From a phage, in NCBI GenBank assembly GCA_012813795.1, contig GCA_012813795.1_4087.1: a DNA stretch of 64,000 bases; one strand, given 5' to 3'. The notes below the pieces were generated by a model. The model worked only from the letters and a program-made list of their open reading frames with translations. It did not search any database and was not told where the DNA came from. Below are positions 39,561 through 48,016 of the stretch, piece by piece. The position numbers were made by a program, and so were the translations under genes. How positions within the stretch are numbered: position 1 is the first letter of the stretch; each line of letters opens with the position of its first letter.

Positions 39561-39586
39561 AAAAAAGGACTTGATTTCTCAAGTCC
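39561..39586 (-). terminator. Rho-independent terminator after the HNH gene
   Basis: GGACTTGA-tttc-TCAAGTCC perfect 8-bp stem followed on minus strand by TTTTTT. Confidence 0.6.
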
Positions 39587-39599
39587 CTATTATAACATA

Positions 39600-40211
39600 T
39601 TACTCATGTTTATCCAACAGCTTTTGTGCCTTTTTTAATGCTTTCATGTGTCGCCCGTACTCACGAACATGCCACAGATGATCGTTATCCCATAGCTCTT
39701 GACGCAATTTACGTTCTTCGATCATTTCTGGTGTAGGACGTTTACTTTCCTTCTCAATCTTATTGAAATAACGATTCATATGTTCTTCAAGTAGATTTAG
39801 GTTTTTGACTTTCTCAAGGAATTCATCAACCGTTTCAGTTTTATTTGAACGCATTTGGTTGCATCTTGAGCACATTGTATTAAAGTTGGACTCCAAATCA
39901 GCACCACCTTTAGATGCAAGATGATTATGATCTACAGTCATCATAACTTCATAAAGACCACATACTGCATACACATTTAAATGCGGTTTACCATATACCG
40001 GATCACTACAGTTAGAACGTTCGATTCGAACTTCTGTAGCCTCGATGCCACAAGCAATGCACTTACAATTCTTAACGAATGTTAGTACTTTTTGTGGAAA
40101 GTATCTGAAAGTAATACCATTATAAGTATAACGTTTCATTTTGGTACTAGTATGATTGAGTTCATCTAGTAAACTCAATTTGGTTACATAATAAACATGA
40201 TATTTAGACAT
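39600..40211 (-). CDS. HNH endonuclease (free-standing, homing-endonuclease-like)
   Basis: His-Me finger MTVDHNHLASKGGADLESNFNTMCSRCNQ plus upstream CxxC pair. Confidence 0.8.
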   Translation of the reverse strand: MSKYHVYYVTKLSLLDELNHTSTKMKRYTYNGITFRYFPQKVLTFVKNCKCIACGIEATEVRIERSNCSDPVYGKPHLNVYAVCGLYEVMMTVDHNHLASKGGADLESNFNTMCSRCNQMRSNKTETVDEFLEKVKNLNLLEEHMNRYFNKIEKESKRPTPEMIEERKLRQELWDNDHLWHVREYGRHMKALKKAQKLLDKHE

Positions 40212-40212
40212 A

Positions 40213-40527
40213 CTATTCCTTAACTTTTATGTTAACACGAATATTTTGGTCTTGGAGTTTGCGAATTGTATCAATTAGTGCATCATATCTCAGTGCACAT
40301 TCATTGTATATGGAATCCCAACGCGTCAGAACGTTAAGAATTTCATCACCAGCATATCCTCTATTACCATGTGAGTCAACAACAATTTTTTTAGGAATTG
40401 GTGTATCTTCTTCGCATCGTTCTAATAAGATTTCCTGGGTGATTATTGGTGACGCTTGAACTGGAACCTTATTAGAACACCCAGTGATAAACATAAAAGT
40501 AATCAAGAATGTTAATATGTATTTCAT
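40213..40527 (-). CDS. Lipoprotein (outer-membrane spanin candidate)
   Basis: Signal peptide with lipobox FITGC; 104 aa; start overlaps the stop of the upstream membrane protein. Confidence 0.45.
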   Translation of the reverse strand: MKYILTFLITFMFITGCSNKVPVQASPIITQEILLERCEEDTPIPKKIVVDSHGNRGYAGDEILNVLTRWDSIYNECALRYDALIDTIRKLQDQNIRVNIKVKE

Positions 40528-40898
40528 TTAAATTTCTCTCTAGCTGCAAGTGAATTTTGTTTTAGATCATTCAAAAGTTTTACCCCTTCTTCATCTAAAC
40601 ATACATTTCTATAAACTTCACGCTCAATAATAACTGGTACTTTAGTTTCTATTACCTTTGCATTATTTTGCATTATATGTTTAGTTTCTACATAGTTTTT
40701 GGTATTTTGGCTTTCAATTTTACTTAAAGCCGCATCTACTTTCTTCTCTATTTTTAATTCAATACTTTCTTTATACCCAGTATAAAAAGTATTAGCCTTC
40801 CAGCCACCAAAAGTACATGATGCCATCAGGAGAACAAACGCAATTGGTTTCCAGAACGGTATCAGTACTTTTGAAACAATAATATCTAGTACACTCAT
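40524..40898 (-). CDS. N-terminally membrane-anchored protein (inner-membrane spanin candidate)
   Basis: N-terminal TM helix IPFWKPIAFVLLMASCTF then charged helical region; 4-nt overlap with the downstream lipoprotein gene. Confidence 0.45.
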   Translation of the reverse strand: MSVLDIIVSKVLIPFWKPIAFVLLMASCTFGGWKANTFYTGYKESIELKIEKKVDAALSKIESQNTKNYVETKHIMQNNAKVIETKVPVIIEREVYRNVCLDEEGVKLLNDLKQNSLAAREKFK

Positions 40899-40943
40899 AA
40901 TAATATCTCCTATAGATGATGATATTATTTAGAGTGCTGAAAA

Positions 40944-41369
40944 TTAGCGTTTATCGATCATTGTTTGTACATGTTCTACGAGATGTACGATTCTGGAATC
41001 ACCTGATTCATACTTATCTTCGATCTCAACCTTAAATTCATCTTCAAGTTCCATGATCATTTCTACCCAGTCCAGTGAATCAAATTTGAATTTTTCTTCA
41101 ATTTCTAAGGAGGTTAAATGTAAATTCATCAGTACATCTGCCTCTGATACATCACCATAACGTCCAGAAATGAATTTTGCAATTGCTTTCTCAACGTCAG
41201 TTGGTCCACGTGTACGGTATTCTGGTTCAAGGAACCATTCACCCTTATTGATAGCTTCTAATTCTAGTTTAATTTCATGCATTACTTTATAACGATCAGT
41301 ACTTTTATGGATGCGGCTAACTTCGCGATTCAGTACACGTAGTGCATCAATAATTGTTGAATTCAGCAT
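40944..41369 (-). CDS. Acyl carrier protein-like protein
   Basis: C-terminal FDSLDWVEMIMELEDEFKVEI matches the ACP phosphopantetheine-attachment DSL helix-II region. Confidence 0.6.
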   Translation of the reverse strand: MLNSTIIDALRVLNREVSRIHKSTDRYKVMHEIKLELEAINKGEWFLEPEYRTRGPTDVEKAIAKFISGRYGDVSEADVLMNLHLTSLEIEEKFKFDSLDWVEMIMELEDEFKVEIEDKYESGDSRIVHLVEHVQTMIDKR

Positions 41370-41378
41370 ATAATCCTC

Positions 41379-42620
41379 TTATTTTTTACCATACCACTGC
41401 ATTTCTCGAATATCGATTAGAACTTTTGCAGCTAGTTGAATGTTTGGTTTCTTTGGTAGAACTGACTTAGGATACACCACATTGCGGATATAGTCAACCT
41501 TTTCATTGAAATAATCCATGACTTCTTCATATTTCCATTTGCCGTTGCGGATATCCATTAGCATATCAGCATCAGGACGTTTAACAAGGATAATACCGCT
41601 TTGTAATGCTTCTTCGGCACTATTTAGCAGCCTGATCGTATGCATAGCATGTTTTAAATCGAAGCCGTGCTGTGATTCCATAAGAGCACGTTTAGCATTA
41701 CGATTCTCTTTCCATTTGTGATAACTTTTACGGTTCTCACTGTTCTCACTGTATTCTTTTTCATTGAATTTGACAATGAGTTCAGGTCGCACTTTCAATT
41801 CTTCAGTACTGCGTTCTTTGTTGAAATAACGTAAAGAACCATCAGCGTTAATTGTACTTTCATTAGGATTGATAATAACACCAAAGATATTTTCACCGTA
41901 ATGAATTAATTCGTACCCATTGTTATAATCCAATAAGTTGAAATCACGGTCTAGTACTTTATCAGTACTGTAATTATGTACTAAACGTACAAAATGATAC
42001 TGTTTCAACGGATGAGTTGAAACTAACTGCAATGAAGTATCACGCATGTATTTTTCAAAATCAATTTTCTTAGCATTAAATGGATGTAGTTTAGAAGTAT
42101 CTAAACGTTCTACCAAATAGTGTGGGAAATTTTCATACATCCATGCTAAAGTTTCATCTACTGGAAAATCTTCTAAGATTTCATTTAGACGTTTTTCAGC
42201 AATACGCTCTTTATCCATCCACCCGTGGTGATTAGACATACGCTTAACCTGATTATATGCATAACCGGTATAAGAGAATGCAATCTTAGAACTAAGTAAT
42301 TGTTGATTGAATGTACGTAGATAATCATAGATTTCAGTACTTTCTACGATGTGTTCAGGATCGACCCATAGTGATTCAAGAATATTTGGGTTAGCCTCTG
42401 TATATAGTCTTAAGTACTGGTTTAGTTCATAGAATTTAGTATCTTCTTCTCTTGAATCAGAAACTTCCTTTACATTATAAAAAGGCGTAAGGATGAATTC
42501 TTTGTTAGCAAGAAAAATACCACGATAATCCGTATCACTTTCAGGTGTACTGGTTCCATACGCTTGTGAACCTGCTAAGTGCTTCACAATTGTTTGTTCA
42601 AGAAATTTGTTATTATTCAT
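41379..42620 (-). CDS. Pol-beta-superfamily nucleotidyltransferase (function unknown)
   Basis: N-terminal HLAGSQAYGTSTPESDTDY fits the GS...DxD minimal nucleotidyltransferase motif; 413 aa. Confidence 0.5.
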   Translation of the reverse strand: MNNNKFLEQTIVKHLAGSQAYGTSTPESDTDYRGIFLANKEFILTPFYNVKEVSDSREEDTKFYELNQYLRLYTEANPNILESLWVDPEHIVESTEIYDYLRTFNQQLLSSKIAFSYTGYAYNQVKRMSNHHGWMDKERIAEKRLNEILEDFPVDETLAWMYENFPHYLVERLDTSKLHPFNAKKIDFEKYMRDTSLQLVSTHPLKQYHFVRLVHNYSTDKVLDRDFNLLDYNNGYELIHYGENIFGVIINPNESTINADGSLRYFNKERSTEELKVRPELIVKFNEKEYSENSENRKSYHKWKENRNAKRALMESQHGFDLKHAMHTIRLLNSAEEALQSGIILVKRPDADMLMDIRNGKWKYEEVMDYFNEKVDYIRNVVYPKSVLPKKPNIQLAAKVLIDIREMQWYGKK

Positions 42621-43018
42621 AGATGTAATGTTAGCTCCTTAAGAAACCCATTATAGTACTTCATGAAATCTTTATGAAGAACTTTGTATTCTGATAAACT
42701 AAAACCTAGATTGATTATAGTATCTTCTTGAAAGAACTTTTCTTCTTCGGATAAATCCAGAGAAATAGATTGTTTGCCACCATTTAATATTTTAGTAAAG
42801 TGTAAACCATCATTATTGATTTCAACGTACATGAAGTTATTTTCACGGTCACGAGGGCAAACAATATTAATGGAACTTTCACCAGTATCATCGTATTCGA
42901 ATGATATTACATCATACTCCCCGATTCCATAAAATTGTTTATCACTCTTGTAACCACTATATACTTTTTTATACGAATCCATCTGTCTTATGGTGCTATA
43001 CACATCATCAAGATCCAT
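42617..43018 (-). CDS. Hypothetical protein
   Basis: 133-aa ORF, 4-nt overlap with neighbour. Confidence 0.6.
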   Translation of the reverse strand: MDLDDVYSTIRQMDSYKKVYSGYKSDKQFYGIGEYDVISFEYDDTGESSINIVCPRDRENNFMYVEINNDGLHFTKILNGGKQSISLDLSEEEKFFQEDTIINLGFSLSEYKVLHKDFMKYYNGFLKELTLHL

Positions 43019-43021
43019 ATA

Positions 43022-43525
43022 TTAACTCCTGTAATATTGTAAGTATTCGTTCTTTGCATCATCCAATTCTTTTTGTTCCTGAATTTTCTTGTCGATATCT
43101 TTCACGTTAGTAATACTGTTATATAGTGCGTGAAGTACAAGAAAATCAGATACAGAAGTTGAAAAATCCTTCCACCCACCCGACATTTTAATACGCACAC
43201 GTATATCACGTCTGTCCATCCAGAACATGAACCCTCGATTCCCACGTAAATCATTAATCATATACACTTTAAAACAAGAATCTCGTGTGCTGCTTTCTCG
43301 TCTTTCAAAATCTACATGAATACTGAACAAGTTTTTTGAACAGTACTTACAAAATGCATAGATAACAGGATCACATTTTGAAAGAAGATATTTGTTTTGA
43401 ATAATTTCTCTGCGATCTTTGTCTGATTTAATATTAGGTACTAATAAAGTACTTTTGTTTAAAATCAACGCAACTAAGTACTGAAGAATATCATTATCTT
43501 TTACTTTATGTTTACCGAAGATCAT
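43022..43525 (-). CDS. Hypothetical protein, paralog family member 1
   Basis: Shares SDKDRREIIQNKYLLSK-type motif with the next two genes. Confidence 0.6.
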   Translation of the reverse strand: MIFGKHKVKDNDILQYLVALILNKSTLLVPNIKSDKDRREIIQNKYLLSKCDPVIYAFCKYCSKNLFSIHVDFERRESSTRDSCFKVYMINDLRGNRGFMFWMDRRDIRVRIKMSGGWKDFSTSVSDFLVLHALYNSITNVKDIDKKIQEQKELDDAKNEYLQYYRS

Positions 43526-44025
43526 TAGTATAATCCTTTTAGTTTATTAAATTCATTAAGTTTATGCTGCTCGTATTCTAACTTCTTGTACTTTGTTTCA
43601 AGCTCACGAAGTGCAACGAGTAAATGAAACAAAAACATTTGTTCATGTTTAGGTAGAATATTCGCATCTCCGTTAATATAAACAAATGTATGTTTTTCAT
43701 CATAATCTTTAGATGAATATGTTACTGCATTAAAATCAACCTTAGTTTCGGTATCAAACAATTTTACACGGTTGATATGATTACCATATATGAATACTGG
43801 TTCATATAACCAACGTTCACCGTATGGTTCTTTAACTAGGTCAGTGATTAGTTTCATTAGAGAATGAGAACTTAACATTTCTTTAATTTTAAGTATAGTT
43901 CTACGATCTTCATCAGTACTGATAATTTCTTTTAAAGAATAGCTTTTCATCAGTACTGGAAGAATTAATGTACACCACTCTACATTTTCTCTTTTGTGAT
44001 CATTATTTTTCTTTTTGAAAAACAT
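43525..44025 (-). CDS. Hypothetical protein, paralog family member 2
   Basis: STDEDRRTILKIKEMLSSH ... PYGERW, clearly related to 44035..44595. Confidence 0.6.
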   Translation of the reverse strand: MFFKKKNNDHKRENVEWCTLILPVLMKSYSLKEIISTDEDRRTILKIKEMLSSHSLMKLITDLVKEPYGERWLYEPVFIYGNHINRVKLFDTETKVDFNAVTYSSKDYDEKHTFVYINGDANILPKHEQMFLFHLLVALRELETKYKKLEYEQHKLNEFNKLKGLY

Positions 44026-44034
44026 AGTAACCTC

Positions 44035-44595
44035 TTAATATAAATCAGTTATTCTCTTTTGGATTTTGAATTTACGCTGTTCTTCTTCAATTTGTGATAA
44101 CTTTTCTTTAATATCTTCAGCACCAATAATCACATGGAACAGGATCATTAACTCATCATCATCAAGCATATCATAATGAACACCGAAGTTTGAAGAAACA
44201 ACACATGACAAATCTCTTGATTGAATGATAGTTTCTTCGGTTCTGTGTTCAATCCCTGCTGGTGTATACTCAACCTTAAACATGATTGCATTTTTTAAAT
44301 CGCGTAGTATGAATTCTTCATCACCACCCCACAGTTTTTTTTGAACCATAGACCAACGATCACTGAATGGATTTTGGGTGTATTCTGCCAGTAATCCATA
44401 TAGTTTATGCTTACTTAACTTGTACTTAAGTTCGATAAGTGATTTACGATCATTATCGGTTTTCACAAAATCTTTAAGAGTTACACTTTTGCATAGCAAA
44501 CGAACTACTAGTGTATTCTGAAAGTGCTGCTCTTTTTCTTTTAAACGTTGTAACTGTGCGGGTGACAGTGGTGGTCTAAAACGTGATTGTACCAT
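44035..44595 (-). CDS. Hypothetical protein, paralog family member 3
   Basis: KTDNDRKSLIELKYKLSKH ... PFSDRW; AGGAGG ribosome-binding site. Confidence 0.6.
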   Translation of the reverse strand: MVQSRFRPPLSPAQLQRLKEKEQHFQNTLVVRLLCKSVTLKDFVKTDNDRKSLIELKYKLSKHKLYGLLAEYTQNPFSDRWSMVQKKLWGGDEEFILRDLKNAIMFKVEYTPAGIEHRTEETIIQSRDLSCVVSSNFGVHYDMLDDDELMILFHVIIGAEDIKEKLSQIEEEQRKFKIQKRITDLY

Positions 44596-44627
44596 AGATT
44601 CCTCCTAGTTTTTTAGCATTATACAGA

Positions 44628-44656
44628 TAAAAGAAAAGCCTGTCAATAGACAGGCT
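44628..44656. terminator. Rho-independent terminator after the fibre-like operon (T-tracts on both sides)
   Basis: AGCCTGTC-aata-GACAGGCT perfect 8-bp stem; TTTTCTTTT on the minus side and TAATTTTTT on the plus side. Confidence 0.7.
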
Positions 44657-44663
44657 TAATTTT

Positions 44664-47432
44664 TTAACTCCAACGAGTACCAGATTGTGATGGTAACCCA
44701 GAACTAGCTGGGATAGCAGAACCACGATTGTAGGTACTTGGGCGGTATAGCAAGAATCTGGACACTTTTTCAGACTCGATTGATGCAATACCATTAGCAT
44801 CAGTTACTATCTTACCAATGTAGGTTGATGTCATAGTTTCTGATAATTGATATAGTGATATCTGATACGAAGCTGTAGATGTACCTCTATCCATAACCGC
44901 ATATATGTAGAATGTTGAATTATCTGGTGTAGTACTTATGGTAGATAAGTCTATCATAGTCGGTGGTATCTTTGCAAACTTTCCACCCAAGAAAACTGGT
45001 ACTTCTTGTGAAAAGTACACGTTGAACCCTTGTGCCACATCCTGTGAAGCAACAACTAAGTACTGTGATATCGTTTCATTACCAGATATTAGTTTATCCA
45101 TATCTGCTTCAGTAGTACCACATACAGCAAAAACTGATTTAGTTTGATAATCGTTTTTGTTCATTTGGTAATATCCAAACCCAATCCCTGGAATTGTACC
45201 TATATCAAATTGTGCGTTTGAAATATAAGTTGTTTCCATATATCGTTGACTTGAAATAATACCATTTTTCACTTTAGCAATCATGTTAGGATAACGAGTC
45301 CATCCTGGGGTATCAATGCCATATAAAATGTTCACACCTAAGTAGTTAAAACCACTAAACTTAGCAACCGTCATACCAGCCCAACGTTTGATCATTTCAT
45401 TTGGTGAAATTTGGAATGTATTCGTGATTGATGTATATCTTGCTGTATCAACACTAATACCACGTAAAATTATAGTACCACTTGTACCCAGTGCACTACA
45501 TGATATTTCGGAAAAAATAATATAACACACGTTGGTAGTACCGTTTAGTGCAGAAGTGACTGCAATAGATTTAGAATATGTAGTATCAGGTACATAATAA
45601 AAAACAGTTTTATGTTCAGTTATTCCAGTCAATCCAGCTTTAGCAACGGCATTATAACCTATACCTGATAATGTAGTTCCTGAAATTTCATATCTATCAC
45701 TGTTAAAGTCCATTGTAACAGGGTCGAATTTTCCATAAGCTGGTTTATCGATACCTTCTATTAAAGAAGATCCATAAGTGCTGACATTTCCATTGGCATC
45801 AACCAATGTTACCATACCTGCATATTTGTAATCAGTACTTAAATAGTGTCTATTACCTGATGGTGCAAAACCATTCATTGTGGTATTTTGTTCCAAGTTT
45901 TTATAACTATAAGTTGGATTCTCACCTATTTCAGTAAAAACTGTACTATCATAACCATAAGAAATTCCATCAGCAGTACCAGAACATGCAACAAGTATCT
46001 TACGTTTATCAACGAAACGAACACCTATTAAGTTTTCACCTACAGGTGAACCATAAACGGGCATTACTTCTACGCGTTTTAAATTACTACCAGTACGTGT
46101 TTTAGCAACCCAACTATCATAAGGTGTACCAGAAACTTTGTATGTTTGTACTGCATAGGTCGGCATGGATGACCATCTTGCTTTGGTAGTGAAAACAAAA
46201 CCATCAGAAGTTTGACAGATTGAACCATAGTTACCAAGTGCACCATCATAAAACCCTGTAAAGTTTTCCATATTGATTGAAAACGGGTTTCTCACTGTTA
46301 TACTGCCAGTTGATGCATTAGCTGATACTCTGATTGGACCACGTTCAGAACCGTCAAGTGTCATTGTTTTAGTACTGATATCATATGTAAAGCTAATGCC
46401 AAGTGAATATACACTAGATGTTTTTGTTTCAGTAAAGACACGAAACCCTGGATATATCGCTACTCTTATTTTTGTACCATCAGGGCTAAGAACTGCTTGG
46501 GTATTAAACGTGTAATGTTGCCAGTCATCGATTTTGGAAACCCCATTATCATATGCTATTAGTGCATCACCACCTGAACCCAATACTGAATAGCTATCAT
46601 AAACGCGAATATTATTTGAAGCTGAATATGTTACATCTCGTATAGTTCTTCCTGAATAACCACTAATTTGTGTTACTGTCGAAACTGAACCAGTATTAAA
46701 TGCAGTTAAAGGTACTGTGTATATGATAAATGCACAACCGCGAACACTATTAAGAACACTTGAATCCCTACACCATATATAAACTGAATCATTTACGATG
46801 TGTGCATAGATTGGTTTATTTGTTATTGCTGTTTTTGGAATTCTACAGTGTTTATGAGCAGATTCATTTAATGTTTCATTTGTTAATGTAAGGTAGTATG
46901 ATGCTCTATCAGTTGATTCCCAAAATAGTAATTCATATGCATTTGACCCATAAAATTCATAAATGTAATCAGTGCTTGGTAGCACAGAAGGTCTATACAT
47001 CGTGTTGGTTGTAATTATATTATCTTGAGTTAGTGTTTCTATATCTCTTATATTTTTAATATAAGCATAATAGTAACCATACGAACTTCCATTTGTACCT
47101 GCACGTAAAATTACACCAGTACCATCATTTTCAATGATACAAGGTTGCATTATTTTTGCAAATGAAAAGGAAGAAGCACCTTCAAATGTACCGTTAATAC
47201 TCATCGGTAGGTAATCTTGATCACCTACCCTTGAAACTGGAAGCATATCAAACATCTGATCTACTTCCGCTTTGTCATAATATTGGTAAGTGATTTTACC
47301 AGCAGAATCAGCAGGGAATCCATTAAAGGAACGTAATGCATACTTTCCATTAATTTTCAAATTCCCTAGTATTTCTGCGTTTCCTATAATTCGTCTCGAA
47401 GCCATATATATTCCTTTACCATTCTGTCCCAC
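44664..47432 (-). CDS. Large fibre-like structural protein (tail fibre or receptor-binding candidate), paralog 2
   Basis: 922 aa; N-terminal LPVSRVGDQDYLP and C-terminal GSAIPASSGLPSQSG..W module are shared with 48017..50716. Confidence 0.5.
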   Translation of the reverse strand: MGQNGKGIYMASRRIIGNAEILGNLKINGKYALRSFNGFPADSAGKITYQYYDKAEVDQMFDMLPVSRVGDQDYLPMSINGTFEGASSFSFAKIMQPCIIENDGTGVILRAGTNGSSYGYYYAYIKNIRDIETLTQDNIITTNTMYRPSVLPSTDYIYEFYGSNAYELLFWESTDRASYYLTLTNETLNESAHKHCRIPKTAITNKPIYAHIVNDSVYIWCRDSSVLNSVRGCAFIIYTVPLTAFNTGSVSTVTQISGYSGRTIRDVTYSASNNIRVYDSYSVLGSGGDALIAYDNGVSKIDDWQHYTFNTQAVLSPDGTKIRVAIYPGFRVFTETKTSSVYSLGISFTYDISTKTMTLDGSERGPIRVSANASTGSITVRNPFSINMENFTGFYDGALGNYGSICQTSDGFVFTTKARWSSMPTYAVQTYKVSGTPYDSWVAKTRTGSNLKRVEVMPVYGSPVGENLIGVRFVDKRKILVACSGTADGISYGYDSTVFTEIGENPTYSYKNLEQNTTMNGFAPSGNRHYLSTDYKYAGMVTLVDANGNVSTYGSSLIEGIDKPAYGKFDPVTMDFNSDRYEISGTTLSGIGYNAVAKAGLTGITEHKTVFYYVPDTTYSKSIAVTSALNGTTNVCYIIFSEISCSALGTSGTIILRGISVDTARYTSITNTFQISPNEMIKRWAGMTVAKFSGFNYLGVNILYGIDTPGWTRYPNMIAKVKNGIISSQRYMETTYISNAQFDIGTIPGIGFGYYQMNKNDYQTKSVFAVCGTTEADMDKLISGNETISQYLVVASQDVAQGFNVYFSQEVPVFLGGKFAKIPPTMIDLSTISTTPDNSTFYIYAVMDRGTSTASYQISLYQLSETMTSTYIGKIVTDANGIASIESEKVSRFLLYRPSTYNRGSAIPASSGLPSQSGTRWS

Positions 47433-48006
47433 TATTCACATCTGGTGTACCAGAACTGATAGGGATAGCTGAACCAATTTTTGTAGCACTTACTCTGAAG
47501 TCGTCAAATCTTGACACTTTATTTATACTGACCCCTGTAATGCCATCTGGGAAAACTGTCATTTGTCCTATGTACATATTAACATTACTTTCAGGGCGTT
47601 GAGTTTTAGAAATGATGTAGTCAGCTACCCCAACATCTAATATAACATATACATAATGTGTTTCAATATTAGTTCCAGTAACGCCTGGGTCCGTTATTGT
47701 TTTAGCAGGGAGGGTATAAACCGCTCCCGCCATGAACAATGGTAATTCTTTACTGAAAGTTAATTTGAACCCAGCAGCAGTAATACCTAATGGTTCAGTA
47801 CTGTAAAGTGAACCAAATTGTGATAACGGAAAGGAACTGGTAATGTAATTCACATCATCTGTACTCATGAGTGGTACATCAACATTCCCATTAGCATCAG
47901 CTTGATACACATTACCAGAACGATCAGTTATCGTGGTCCCAGTATTTTTTCCTTGTGATTTAACGGAAGCATACGCTTCCACATCAGATCTAAATTTATA
48001 AGCCAT
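47416..48006 (-). CDS. Small fibre-related protein carrying the shared C-terminal module
   Basis: 196 aa ending KVSRFDDF...GSAIPISSGTPDVNSGTEW, same C-terminal module as both large paralogs. Confidence 0.45.
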   Translation of the reverse strand: MAYKFRSDVEAYASVKSQGKNTGTTITDRSGNVYQADANGNVDVPLMSTDDVNYITSSFPLSQFGSLYSTEPLGITAAGFKLTFSKELPLFMAGAVYTLPAKTITDPGVTGTNIETHYVYVILDVGVADYIISKTQRPESNVNMYIGQMTVFPDGITGVSINKVSRFDDFRVSATKIGSAIPISSGTPDVNSGTEW

Positions 48007-48016
48007 ATTATCTCCA

